Source: Epithemia pelagica
Taxonomy: Eukaryota > Protista > Bacillariophyta
Direction: 5' to 3'
Length of the DNA: 64,000 nucleotides
Assembly (NCBI GenBank): GCA_946965045.2
Contig: OX337229.1
Location: forward strand, 3,844,001 to 3,908,000
Part shown: piece after piece, positions 20,230 to 31,491 of the stretch
How the letters are laid out: every line of letters begins with the position of its first letter
Position numbering within the stretch: the stretch's first letter is position 1
Notes under the pieces: model-generated
Database searches by the model: none
What the model saw: the letters and a program-made list of their open reading frames with translations, nothing else
What the model was told of the DNA's origin: nothing
Made by a program: the position numbers and the translations under genes

Positions 20230-21576
20230 ATGGTTTCGGGTAATCCGAAATCTCGAAAGCTGAGGCTGCTGCAATTCGTGTTTATCCTCCTTTCGGCGTC
20301 CAGAACGGCACAATCTTTCCTAAACCACTTCCCAGGCCCCGTCACATGCAAGGATCACTTTAATCGAAGTTTCAAGCTCACTGACCTTTCATGGATTCGC
20401 CCACCGTATCACGGAAATTCGATGATACATTGGGGGTCTTTCGTCGGCTTTCTCAATACTCGTATAAGGTCCTCTCCTGTGGTTCTCTGGATGGGAAAGG
20501 GTGATGGAAAAAAGAAGAGGAAAAAGAAAGCCGATGACGGATCATCGCAGTCAGCCTCCGGCACTAGTGCTTCGTCCACTCCTGCACCAATGCGTGTGAC
20601 CAGCGACAGCAACGTTCCTGTCCGTCATCAACTGATGTGGGCGAAAATGAACAAGGAATATCGACAACGACAGTCGAATCCTGGTTTTCGCCAAAAGAGA
20701 GTCGTCCGCACAAGCTACAGGAGAGCATGGGACGAAGAAGAAATTGAAGAAAAGGCACAAGAAAGAAAGAGAAAAGGACAAGATCCAGATTGGGATGTCA
20801 TATTGAATAGGACGGCTGTCAGCCCGCTTGTGATTGTCGACGGCTACAACATTATTCATCATTGGGCACGATTGAAAAAGCACATGGCGAAGGGTGATCT
20901 TGCCAAAGCCCGTCAATTGCTGATTGACGACCTCGAGAATATGGCATCATTGAAGGGGTGGCGAGTTGAGGTTGTCTTTGATGGTACTAGACGTTCTACC
21001 GTAGGTCCACTTGGATACGGACCAGGCGAAGGAAGTAGCAAACCAAGTCAAGCTGACAGACATGCCAAAGATTCATTGTCCAAGCATGGAGTCCGGATCG
21101 TGTTTTCGGGTGTGGGGGAAGAAGCAGATTCGTACATCGAAGCACGTTGTGCACAGGCCAAGGCCGTGACTGAAGGCGAGTTGACGGGGTCCTTCATAGT
21201 AGCGACGGATGATACCATGATCAAAATGGCAGCCCAGAATGCGGGAGCGTGGTGCATGAGCGCTGGTCGCTTCGTGAATGAACTCAAAGCGGTCAAGAAT
21301 GCGGTCGGGTACCGAGTGGAAGCTGCCATGGCCAAGGTAAATGGACATGCAATAAGACCAGAAAAGCTGCGCAACACAGCTCCTGTACCGTTTGGTCGAA
21401 ACTCAGTACTTATTGAGGACAAGAGAAATCGGACGACAACCAAACAACTCCGAAAACGAGAGGAGGAAGAACTGCTGTTGCTAAGTTCCGATCTGAACGT
21501 GACTGTCGAAGAAAACGAAGACGGTGTTCCGTGGTGGGCTCAGATACCTCGCAATACCAACCCATATCGCGACTAG
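20230..21576 (+). CDS. YacP/Rae1-like NYN-domain ribonuclease with targeting leader
   Basis: LVIVDGYNII, ARQLLIDDL, VEVVFDG, EEADSYIE and IVATDD motifs; hydrophobic leader ending ...TAQSF. Confidence 0.85.
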   Translation: MVSGNPKSRKLRLLQFVFILLSASRTAQSFLNHFPGPVTCKDHFNRSFKLTDLSWIRPPYHGNSMIHWGSFVGFLNTRIRSSPVVLWMGKGDGKKKRKKKADDGSSQSASGTSASSTPAPMRVTSDSNVPVRHQLMWAKMNKEYRQRQSNPGFRQKRVVRTSYRRAWDEEEIEEKAQERKRKGQDPDWDVILNRTAVSPLVIVDGYNIIHHWARLKKHMAKGDLAKARQLLIDDLENMASLKGWRVEVVFDGTRRSTVGPLGYGPGEGSSKPSQADRHAKDSLSKHGVRIVFSGVGEEADSYIEARCAQAKAVTEGELTGSFIVATDDTMIKMAAQNAGAWCMSAGRFVNELKAVKNAVGYRVEAAMAKVNGHAIRPEKLRNTAPVPFGRNSVLIEDKRNRTTTKQLRKREEEELLLLSSDLNVTVEENEDGVPWWAQIPRNTNPYRD

Positions 21577-21990
21577 ATGATATCCAATGACCACTTGCTT
21601 TCCTGCAGCCAATGGAAATGAGGTTTGCAGAGATTTGAGGTACAAGATGGCCGGAATGGCTCCGACGGGTTGGGAACGCAAGAACTGACAGTTTGAACTA
21701 TGTATTCCGAGTTAAAGAAAGCTGTATTGCTTACTGACACTGACTGGGGAGCAACGAATTCTCCGGGAGATTATCTACACTCCTACACCTACTACGGGGG
21801 AACAGATCAGAACATAGCAAGAGGTACTCCTAGCTCACCTTCGAGAGACAGCGACTCTTAAGCGTACCAAGCGCGCTCTATCTTTTAAAGGGTGACGATG
21901 ACGGCAGATGACGGCGCTCTGTCTTCCTATAGAGTTGTAAGTTGAAATAATATATTAGAAGGACAGTAGAATCAAGGTGAGAAGTAAATA

Positions 21991-22740
21991 ATGTCGTCCT
22001 CGAGAGGATCGGGTGGTCAATCGAAGAAGCGGAAGATATCAAACACAGTTACAAGCTATGATTATGATGAATTGAAGAAGAACTATACGTTTCTTCCAGA
22101 AGAAAACCGGCGCCCTCAATCATGGCAAGACCGAATGGTTCTTCAATATCATAGCCATCTTTTCAAAGATTATGTTTTGGCTGACACAACGAGGGTTGCA
22201 TCGCACCGACAAATAGGCCTTCGTTGGAGAACGGAAAAGGAAGTACGATGTGGCCGTGGTTCTTCTTCGTGCGGCAATCTGCAGTGTCCGTCTCAAGCTC
22301 AAGGAACTCCTGTCCCCGACGCCAAAGAGGAGGATGAGTCGCCACCGGTGTTGTATATGAACTCTGAAGAACCTTCTAACGAAGCGCTTGAAATTAAGCT
22401 GCTTTCAACATTACGTTTCGGGTCACTACTCACAGAGTATGAAGTGCCTTTTACGTACAAAGAGCGCAACGAAAAGAAGACCGAACTTGTGAAGCTTTCC
22501 CTTTGTGTTCGATGTGCTCCTCTCTTGTTCGTCTCCAAAGGTGACAAGACGCCATCGTTGTCAGCACGAAGGAAGCGTAGATTTATCGAGGACGATTCGA
22601 AAGGGAGTGCAGTTGTTCTAGATCCCTCGATTAAGAAAGAGGGGAAATTGGACAAAAATCGCAAACTAGATCTAGACAATGCGAGTTCAGACGAGCTGGA
22701 GTCAAGGAGTCACCACCGTTCACATGCAAATGAGTATTAA
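21991..22740 (+). CDS. FRA10AC1: FRA10AC1-like spliceosome-associated protein
   Basis: SWQDRMVLQYHSHLFKDYVLAD, GLRWRTEKEV..G.G..SCGN..C and EVPFTYKE.NEKK..LVKLSLC..CA..L. Confidence 0.88.
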   Translation: MSSSRGSGGQSKKRKISNTVTSYDYDELKKNYTFLPEENRRPQSWQDRMVLQYHSHLFKDYVLADTTRVASHRQIGLRWRTEKEVRCGRGSSSCGNLQCPSQAQGTPVPDAKEEDESPPVLYMNSEEPSNEALEIKLLSTLRFGSLLTEYEVPFTYKERNEKKTELVKLSLCVRCAPLLFVSKGDKTPSLSARRKRRFIEDDSKGSAVVLDPSIKKEGKLDKNRKLDLDNASSDELESRSHHRSHANEY

Positions 22741-22751
22741 GATAGATCGCT

Positions 22752-24252
22752 TTATTGAGAAGATTGGGCAGTCACCGTTGCAGATTCTGCCTTATCTACT
22801 GCTGTCACCTCCCCTTCGTCAGCAGGATCGATACCGTTCGCATCAACGCCATTTGAAGTTGCACTTGCAGCGACCCATTCTTTCATTGCGGGAGGAATCT
22901 CGCTCAATCCGGATGATTCCACCCTTTGCCATGCTTCAGTTGTTTCACGGAATGGTTGTCGTTCAACGTACACGTGGAATTTGGACTCGTTTACGAGATC
23001 TTCAAATGATGGTCCGACAGACAAACCTGCTTCAGTTGCTTTTCGACGTTCTTCTGGTGACATGTCTTTGAAATCCTTCTTTTCGCTCATTTGGTCCCAA
23101 TATTCTGGCAATTCAATTTCTGGTGGATTCGCAGCAAAGTATGTCTTCACTGCGAGAGACTGTGTCAATGTGAAAAGGTTACTTGACAACCAATAGATAG
23201 TCAGGCCAGCTGGTACTTGTAATGAGAAGAAACCAATCATGAGAGGAAGTACCTTAAGGACAGTTTGTGTTGTTTCCTGTTGTTTCTTCTCTTCATCCGT
23301 AGCTTCCTGATCAACAGGAGGTTGCAGCACGCTCATGGTAAAGGACTGGAGCACAACCAACAACACGGGCATGGTGAGAAATGCTAGGGTTGTTTCCCAT
23401 CCTAGTTGCGGCGTCGGCATGTTGTCAATCGATGTCCAGCCCTGGAGAAGCCAATCCAATCCACGATAGGTCGGTGGCGACACAGGCCCCTCCAGTGAGG
23501 GAATAAAGAGAAAGGGTTCCTCCAGTGCTCCATCCAAAGCAAGCAAGCGGATCCCTCGGTACAAACCAAGGAAAATAGGGATTTGTGCCAACGAAAGTAA
23601 ACAACCCGACAAGGGGTTTTGATTCGCATCTTCATACAATTTTCCTACCGCGCGGTTCTGAGCCTCTTCATTACCCTTATACCTGGCCTTGATCTCTGTC
23701 ACATAAGGCTTGAGTGCCTTCATGTATTCTGAGCTTTTAGACTGTTGGATTGACAAAGGAAGGAGTAGGGCACGGGTAGCTGACGGATGGGGAAAAGGCA
23801 TAAAATCGTAAGCTTCCACAGCCAAAATCTGAGAAAAGTGTGCATCTCTACTTACAGCAAGTAAAGAGAGCGATTGATACGCCCCATGTCTGATCAAAGC
23901 CGACATTTCGTAGGGGCTGGTCAATAAGTGAATGCACCCCATTCAAACAACCTTTGAAAAAGTTGATATAAGCACCCCAAGGACCTGTCGGCGGCTGAGG
24001 CACGTTGGCGGCGGCATCTGCTAGAAGAGTTGACATGTATGCGATCGCCGAGGAATCAAGCAACAAATCCTTTGTCGGTTCCACAAGATGGTCTGGTGGG
24101 ACGACATGAAGTTTGCTTTGCGAAGGCCCCCCATGCCGTTGTGTGTCCCTCGCCAAGTGAGGAAGTGATCCTGATGGAGCGAATGCGCCTGATGGAATCA
24201 AAAGCGCTGAAGCCACACCAATGCATGCAGCTATTCGGTTGAGTGGAATCAT
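22752..24252 (-). CDS. ALB3: Plastid ALB3/YidC/Oxa1 membrane protein insertase; 2 exons (intron 23780-23855)
   Basis: Bipartite leader (GAF); WGVSIALFTC|STRALLLPLS.QQ, NPLSGCLLSLAQIPIFLGLYR, EPFLFIPSLEGP and PAGLTIYWLSSNL. Confidence 0.93.
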
Positions 24253-24613
24253 GGCGACGGTCGATTATGTGGCTGGTGCAATGGTGATGTCTGATGAAGA
24301 ATCAACGAAGCAACGGCAACGCTTGAAAGATCGCTCTCTTGTCAAAGAAGCTCCGAAGAAAGCGTACGCGTTAATGCGACTAAAAGCTCCACTTGTAACT
24401 TCCCCATCAGTCGCCGGCCCCTCTCTACGGTCGTCCGCGCGCAGTACTACCACAATTCTACTCTCACTCTCGTAGTATCCGAACAAAATACAACGGTGAG
24501 TAAAACTACGTAGCTCCTGGTACATTCCTACTATACTTTAGACCTCATAGTAGGTTGGCCAATACCTTTGCTACCTATCTTTCTTTTCCTATGTGGTCCA
24601 ACCTCCAACACGT

Positions 24614-25290
24614 CTAAGTACTCCTAGAGGAATATGGCTGGCACTTGCAGATTGCCGTGCCTTTTTTCACCCACGAGTTCACCGTGGTGTGAGAAACCTT
24701 CAACGCGAGGGAGAGATTTTGCCTTGTGGTCCGTGCCATCAACGGAAGGGCTTTTACTCTCGATCTAATCGTGGAAGGTGAAAACTTAGGCCTTCGACCA
24801 CGCGCGCTCAACTTCCTCGAAAATTCAGGCGAGTGAATTCTGCCTGTGGCACGTGTGACGCGCGCGCCTTTCCAAACCCTACTTATGGTCGACCTGCCAA
24901 GATCCATCTCTCGAGCAACAAAAGCAATGGAACCATGGCCAAAGGTGCCTTGATTGACCATGGAATTGAGCATCGAAACAATACGAACCTTGTCTGTTTC
25001 GCGCAGAGCCTTGTACTTTGATGCCCTGGGGGGCCGCCCTGAAGAGGACGTGTTCATAGGCGCCATAGAAGTCTCAACCGGTGGGCACTGAAAAGCAAAG
25101 CTCGAAATGGCGCCTTTTGAACGGTCATATCTCATCCCCTTGCAAGAATCGAACATATAAGTAATACACCAATATAGAGCTAATGAGTAGAGCTTTCTAG
25201 GGAAAAAAATTTTAGGAAAAAAGGACGTTTGCTCGTTGAGATATCGTTTTTTTTCTATAATCGTGCACTATTTTCTTTCAGGAGGGAGTA
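24614..25290 (-). mobile_element. Truncated Tc1/mariner (Stowaway/plant-mariner type) element: one TIR plus N-terminal HTH transposase fragment
   Basis: The minus strand starts TA-CTCCCTCC (GGAGGGAGTA at 25281-25290). ORF 24614-25156 has GRSTISRVWK and GRRPKFS...RVKALPL..RTT.QNL..ALKVSHTTV.SWVKKG, then breaks off. No DDD domain or second TIR seen. Confidence 0.72.
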
Positions 25291-25383
25291 GCAAGCAATA
25301 GCTAGCCGTTCATACTTCAAGCCTCCTCTGCCTACTCTCATATTCGCTCTCTCGTGTTTTAGATTCAGTATGTTCATCATACC

Positions 25384-27063
25384 ATGCCGATTACTCCTCG
25401 TTTCTCCCTTTCTCAGAGCGGAACTCACGTTCATGTGGACATTCGTGTCCCACACGTGAGAGTGTCGACTGATTCCATCCAGGTCGCTCTATCTTCCTCA
25501 TCTGGAGACTTCAAACCGCCCATTCTTGGAATTGGAGAGCAGGAAAGGGAGAACGAGAACGATTGTTTGATTACGACGACCCTACACTTCAGTTCACCTC
25601 CATACATACTTGTTCTCAATTTCAATCCCTATGAATTTCATGAAATGGCAACCGAATCCTGTGCGTCTTACGAACCAACCATTGAAAATGGCACCGTTCG
25701 ACTATCGTTGCGGAAGAAGGAAGCTGGATTGCTTTGGGAGAATCTTGATCTCGTTGGGAGAATGGCACAACCAAAGACCATTAGTCGCCAAAGTGCACAT
25801 ACAGGACAATCATTGACCAGCAACTGGCTCAAAGAGGTATCCACTAGGAACAATCCTTCGGACGAAGAATCTTCTGCAGGCAAAAATGTATCATCTCTCC
25901 CAACGTCTGGATCGTATGGATTCATGAGAATGTTTAATGGGATATTTGCAGATTTGAACAAAGACGGGTTGGCCAGAGAGATGCTTGAATTACAATGGGA
26001 TGGTGAGAGTGATGATGGGATGCCTTGCGAAGAAGCCAGTTTGTTTGCTCGACGGCGTCAGGAACGATGGCGTTTGGAACAAGAGAGGTTTGATCCAGAT
26101 CGATGGCGACAAGACATAAACATTTATGACGATTATGTATATCAATGTGCGTTGGCAATGAGACCACACTGGAAGATGAATCCTGATCCATCTACTGACG
26201 ATGACATATCTCATAAACTGGCGGATTTGGAATTGGACGAGAAAAAATCGGAACCATTCAAAACAGGTGTTACTCAACCGAGATATTTTTCGGAGGAAGA
26301 GCAATTAAAGTTAATGGGTATTCCATATCCCATGCTTCCGACAGAAATGACAATGCACCACATGGATGCTCTCCTTTTGGGTTTGTGGGATATTCTATTT
26401 GCCTACGTGTATGATCACCTCACGACAGATGGAGAACCGACGGTGGAATCATCTTGGACTATTAGCACGCTAAGTACGTCCCTGAGCTGTTTGGAAGAAT
26501 ATTCTGATGCTGTCATGATGCAAGCGGAGAGAAACGAACCAATCGCTGCCATCTCCCTCGGAGTCGTGTCTTCCTTTCGACGTTCATTGATTTATCCCTA
26601 TATTCGCAATTTGCGCTTTGCCGAATACTGCGGAAAACAAGTTGCAGAAATCCTTGAGCATGGGCCACGCTGTATCATTCGCTGTCTTTTGCAAACTCGA
26701 AAAATATTGGAGGAAAGTGAGTTGTATTATCTTGGCAACAAACTGTTTTTAGATCCTTACTTGGCATGGCTACAGCATGACATAAACCAGATTACTGACG
26801 CCATACAGAAATTCCGCCCAGTTCTTTTATCCTGTATCGGGAAAATCAAACGTTTGAGCGATCTGGGTCTAGCAAAGGATGAATCAGATGACGATAGCGA
26901 TGGTGAAAGCAGCGAATCTTTCGAAGAGTCGAGTCAGGACGAAGATGAGTCGAGTACATCTTCATCACAACCTTCGACAGGTCGACCAACCGTATCCGAC
27001 GCTCTACTGGATCACAACCTTGGAAAATCCTGTCTTTCGTCAATTGCGAAACCTATTGAATGA
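25384..27063 (+). CDS. SHQ1: H/ACA snoRNP assembly factor SHQ1
   Basis: N-terminal CS domain (ITPRFSLSQ...IRVPHVR, PPYILVLNF), LLLGLWDILFAYVYD...GEPTVESSWTI..LS and RRSLIYPYIRN. Confidence 0.9.
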   Translation: MPITPRFSLSQSGTHVHVDIRVPHVRVSTDSIQVALSSSSGDFKPPILGIGEQERENENDCLITTTLHFSSPPYILVLNFNPYEFHEMATESCASYEPTIENGTVRLSLRKKEAGLLWENLDLVGRMAQPKTISRQSAHTGQSLTSNWLKEVSTRNNPSDEESSAGKNVSSLPTSGSYGFMRMFNGIFADLNKDGLAREMLELQWDGESDDGMPCEEASLFARRRQERWRLEQERFDPDRWRQDINIYDDYVYQCALAMRPHWKMNPDPSTDDDISHKLADLELDEKKSEPFKTGVTQPRYFSEEEQLKLMGIPYPMLPTEMTMHHMDALLLGLWDILFAYVYDHLTTDGEPTVESSWTISTLSTSLSCLEEYSDAVMMQAERNEPIAAISLGVVSSFRRSLIYPYIRNLRFAEYCGKQVAEILEHGPRCIIRCLLQTRKILEESELYYLGNKLFLDPYLAWLQHDINQITDAIQKFRPVLLSCIGKIKRLSDLGLAKDESDDDSDGESSESFEESSQDEDESSTSSSQPSTGRPTVSDALLDHNLGKSCLSSIAKPIE

Positions 27064-27271
27064 TGAATAGTGGCACTGTTCCTGAAGTTATCACGCAACA
27101 AGTCACGAGCACAACTGTGTTTTATGCTCAGTATGCGTTCATGGGTGCACATTGGTGGCATGTATTCTGTTATCTACTCGATACGAACGGATCAGTTGTT
27201 TTGAAATGTCCGAAGATGGATTCGCGCCCATCATTCGAGCAGCAAGAGGTTGTTCCGTTTCTAACCGTGGA

Positions 27272-28112
27272 TTAACCTCCTTTGAGCCAACTTTTGCCGC
27301 CCGATGGTTTCTTTGGAATGCCTTGCAGCTCATCCCCTGCCTCGGACATTTTGGAACCCGCGAACGCCAGTCTCTGGGATGACAAGTCTCCATCCCCATT
27401 ACCACTCAATAGGAAAGGAATGGTTGTGGCGGCTTGGCTGAGCAGCTTTCCAGCTCCCGAGAGGTATTCTCCCGTCGCAACAGGGGATGCTTTTCTCAAC
27501 ACGGTTGCTCCTGCATCTTCCAGCAAGCTTCCACAAGAATCAAATGGCTGGATCATGGTTTCTGATTATGGGAGAAATTCCACAAGGTTGAGTGTATTCA
27601 GAGCGATGGAATGGGGCGGCTTCAAATTTTTTACAGACATAAATCGTACCAAGGTTAATTGCTAGCTGCTCCTGTTCATCTTGCCTGGCTTCTTCGGCCG
27701 CACGAACCAGCTTTTGAGAAGCAGCTCGCAGGCAATTTCCACTTTCTCGAAGTTCGTCAATGACCAACTCCCTCCCCGTCTTGAAGCGAGCTGACGCGGC
27801 CGCTTGGGCAATCGAGTCTCCGGCATTTCGTAGTTCCGCTCCGGCACTGGAAAGACCACCACCATAGCAGTCCATAGCTTTGGTTAACTCTATAAGAAGC
27901 TCTCCAGAGCGGGCCAAGGCCTTTCCTGAGTCCATTAATGGAATAGCCGCCGGCTTGAGCGACATGGATAGGTGGGTCGATGACGAATGCTGCCGGCAGT
28001 CATGATTCTTTGATCTAGGGAGGATCCGGGTTGGAGCGAAGGCACCCACCCTTCGACCACAAGCGAAGGTTGCAGTTAGAGCAAAAAGTAAAAGGCTTGG
28101 AGGAGGGACCAT
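27272..28112 (-). CDS. Hypothetical plastid-targeted helical protein; 2 exons (intron 27562-27649)
   Basis: Signal peptide with GAF motif; an in-frame GTACGA...AATCAG intron joins two track ORFs. Confidence 0.65.
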
Positions 28113-28369
28113 GGCTTCTTTTGCGTTGTGGTCTCGTGAGATCTTTATAGATCCATCACAAATAAAGCAAAAAGTGAAAAATGAACGTGGATAGTGCCAA
28201 AAATCCAACAAATAAAAAATCCAAAAGAAAGGAGGAGACTGACGTCATCACGACATAGCGATCAATCTTTGTCACTTTTCTCGTTGTGCAATCGTCGCCT
28301 TGCTTTCGTCTTTCACCATCTTTGTTCTCGTCGGTTTCAACGAAAAAGAAAAGAGTTGACACAACCAAG

Positions 28370-29206
28370 ATGTTGAGACTGGTTCTTCTTCTGTTTGGAT
28401 TTCTCCATGTCGCATCCTTTGTGATTCCCCAACGTGGTCTGCCATCTCGCTCACGAGCGGTGGTGGTCGTGTCATCGTCCGCCACTGCCAACATGGACGG
28501 CCTCACCAAGACGATACAAATCGAAGGAACCGGTTCTCCGGTGAAGCTGGGAGATATTGCCACGATCAAGTACTCTTGTTATCTGCCAGATGGTCTTACA
28601 TTTGCCAAGTCTTCCAAGGAAAAAATGGTGGTTGGCGACGGTTCCATGATTGACGGTTGGGAAAAGTCCATTCGAGGGATGCGCGTGGGAGAACGAAGTA
28701 TTATTCGTATTACGGATCCAAACCTTGCCTATGGATCCCAAGGAGTACCACCATTAGTCCCACCCAATGCGGTTGTCGAGCTGGATGTGGAAATTTTGGA
28801 TTCCCAACCTCCGACCGTCAATATTGATTTTGACAATCTCGCCTTGGACAACACTCCCACGACGGCCGCTGAAATCGCCCGGGCCTTTGAGGCTCGACAG
28901 GCTGCCAAGGTTGACCAAGTGGAAAAGGAAGGATTGGAAGCTTTTATTGACAAAATTCGAACATCCTACTTCTATGGTTTGTTTGAAGGTGAAACTGGAC
29001 AGCAGGCCCCTTGGTACCTTCGACCAAGCATCACCTTTCCCTTGGCCTTTTTGGTGGTTGGTCTTGCGTTCTACATTAGTCTTGCAAGTGGAGCAATCAC
29101 AGAACGTGGTGCGCAATCTACAGATGAGTTGGATGAAATCATTCTGAGTAGCCGTTCTATCACAACAGTTGCCTTGGCCATGGCAGACGGGTTGCTAAAT
29201 CAATAA
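28370..29206 (+). CDS. FKBP-type peptidyl-prolyl isomerase, plastid-targeted, with C-terminal TM segment
   Basis: Leader MLRLVLLLFGFLHVASF; VGDGSMIDGWEKSIRGMRVGE...LAYGSQGVPPLVPPNAVVELDVEIL. Confidence 0.88.
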   Translation: MLRLVLLLFGFLHVASFVIPQRGLPSRSRAVVVVSSSATANMDGLTKTIQIEGTGSPVKLGDIATIKYSCYLPDGLTFAKSSKEKMVVGDGSMIDGWEKSIRGMRVGERSIIRITDPNLAYGSQGVPPLVPPNAVVELDVEILDSQPPTVNIDFDNLALDNTPTTAAEIARAFEARQAAKVDQVEKEGLEAFIDKIRTSYFYGLFEGETGQQAPWYLRPSITFPLAFLVVGLAFYISLASGAITERGAQSTDELDEIILSSRSITTVALAMADGLLNQ

Positions 29207-29314
29207 CTACTGACTTATCCGTATGTCATGCTTGTCTTCCTGTATTATGTCTCATCTTACTTTGTGACTCGGTATAAGCATCCGGGGTGAACACCTACAT
29301 ACATCATAAGACTT

Positions 29315-30946
29315 TTAGTAATGAAGCCAGTAGGATTGGCGACGAATAGCTTGGTAGTCCGGCAATTCGTGAAGACCTCCAACAGCAGCCAAGGCATGAT
29401 CCTGGTCATTGATGAATTTGGCAGCCGTTGCACGAATGTCCTCAGTAGTAACCGCATCAATTCGAGTGTAGATTTCGGCAGGAGTCATGCGGCGTCCGTA
29501 GGTAAGCAGTTGACGACCAATATCTTCTGCCACAGCGGCGTTTCCATCCAAGCCCATGAGCATAACTGCCTTGAGGTTCAACTTGGCACGCTCAACTTCT
29601 TCGTCAGACGGGGAGTGTACAAGACGCACCATGTTGCTCATCACGTGCCAAACAAGGTTATCCAATTTGAAATCAGGGCATACCATGTAAATACCGAAAA
29701 GACCAGTGTCCTTGTAGCACGTATTGAACGTGCTGAGTGAATAGGCAAGTTCTCCTCGTGCCACTTCTTCACAAAGACGGGAAGCATGGTTGTGACCAAT
29801 ACCCTGCGTCCGGTTGTATGATCCGAGCATCAGCTGCATCAACATGAATGGGAAGGCATACTCCGATGTCCATGACGCTGACTGATAAGCAATGGCCACA
29901 TGTGCAGTGTCTTGCTTGTTGAACTTCACGCTGTCCGAAAACAAAGAAAAGTCTGGGTCAGAGAATGTCTGAAAACACAAGAGAAGCCGCAAAATGAATT
30001 ATTACGCACGTGTAATCACTCCCGGTGAACACTGCAGGTTCCATTGCAACCTCAACACCGTCCTTCGCCGCAGTCGGTAAGTTGCCAAAGTACTGCGAAG
30101 CGTACCCACAGAGCTCTTCGTGGTTGACTGCACCTGCTCCGGCAATCACCATTCGTGGAGCTGTGTAATGCTGTTGAATGTAGTCCATCAAATCAGAACG
30201 CTTCAAATTACGAATGTTTTCGACAGGTCCCAAGATGGTGCGACCCAATCCAGTGCCTTGAAAAGCTGTTGCATGTAAATGGTCGAGAACAAGCTCTTCC
30301 TGTTGCTTATTCACTTCTGTCATTTCCCGAAGAATGACATCACGTTCGCGGTCAATCGCGGCTTCGTCAACTTTCGAATTAAGCAATACATCCGATAGAA
30401 TTTCAACCGCCTTTCCAACATCGCTCTTGAACACTTTGGCAAAATATACAGTCTGTTCACGACTGGTGTATGCGTTCAAATGACCTCCCATATTTTCAAT
30501 CTCCACTTCAAGATTTTGCTGCGTGCGCTTGGCAGTTCCTTTGAAGGCAAGATGTTCCAGGAAATGAGCAACACCATTGTTCTCTGCGGTTTCGTAACGA
30601 GAACCAGCGTCAATCCATACTCCAACGGTCGCAGTTTCACTTCCCTGAATTGTTTCAGACGCCACACGAAGACCAGAGTCCATAGTGGTTACGTCCGTTG
30701 CTGGGGCACGAAGGACATAATCCGGCAAAGATGGGGCGGCAGCTGCCGCTGACGAGAACGCTCGGCGCCCAATGAGCTAAACAACATGAGGAAACAGGCA
30801 AACACATTGTAACGGTGGCAGGTTAAAGCAGCGCTTTATCAGATAATTCTCCAACAGAGGGAAATGTGCTTGTATTGCCGTCATCGGTCCGGTATGGCTG
30901 GGAACACGTTCATGCTTACCTTCGAAAGAGCGACGGGGCTCAACAT
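29315..30946 (-). CDS. PMPCB: Mitochondrial processing peptidase beta subunit; 3 exons (30920-30946, 30010-30776, 29315-29930)
   Basis: [14 protein letters not shown] (HxxEH), [30 protein letters not shown] and [13 protein letters not shown]. Confidence 0.95.
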
Positions 30947-31491
30947 GGTCAAGCTACCAAACTTGTTGCAACCACATAAGACAAACGTGTTGTTGGCTTT
31001 TTGAAGTCGTCACACCCTCAGCGCACTTTGGAGTTTTTAATATTCAAGGAATGCACTTTGATTCTGTTCAACACGCTCAGGAGTTGTCGTCACACCGCGC
31101 CCTCCAAAGCAGCGTGCGTTTGCCCTACCTATGGTAGCTATGTCTCAAGAGAAGAGCACTTGCCTTTCTAGCGAAACCATCAACAACTCCAACTTCGAAT
31201 GTCCCCAAACATGTCCCGCAAAGCACAATGCTTCGTCCTCTACGGCCGACACCCTCTACGTCACAAACCCAAGGTCCTTCTCCGTCGTCCACCGACACTG
31301 CTCCTTCGGTACCACATCGACCACCACCGCAGCCACATCAACGCCCCGTACATCCACATTACTATATGCATCCACCACCACCTCCTCACACCGCCACGCC
31401 GTACACGAGTACTCCTTTGTTGGATCTGTTATTGTTTAGTCTGTGACTACCTACACATCAACACTTTCAACATGGGCCCACCTTATGACGA

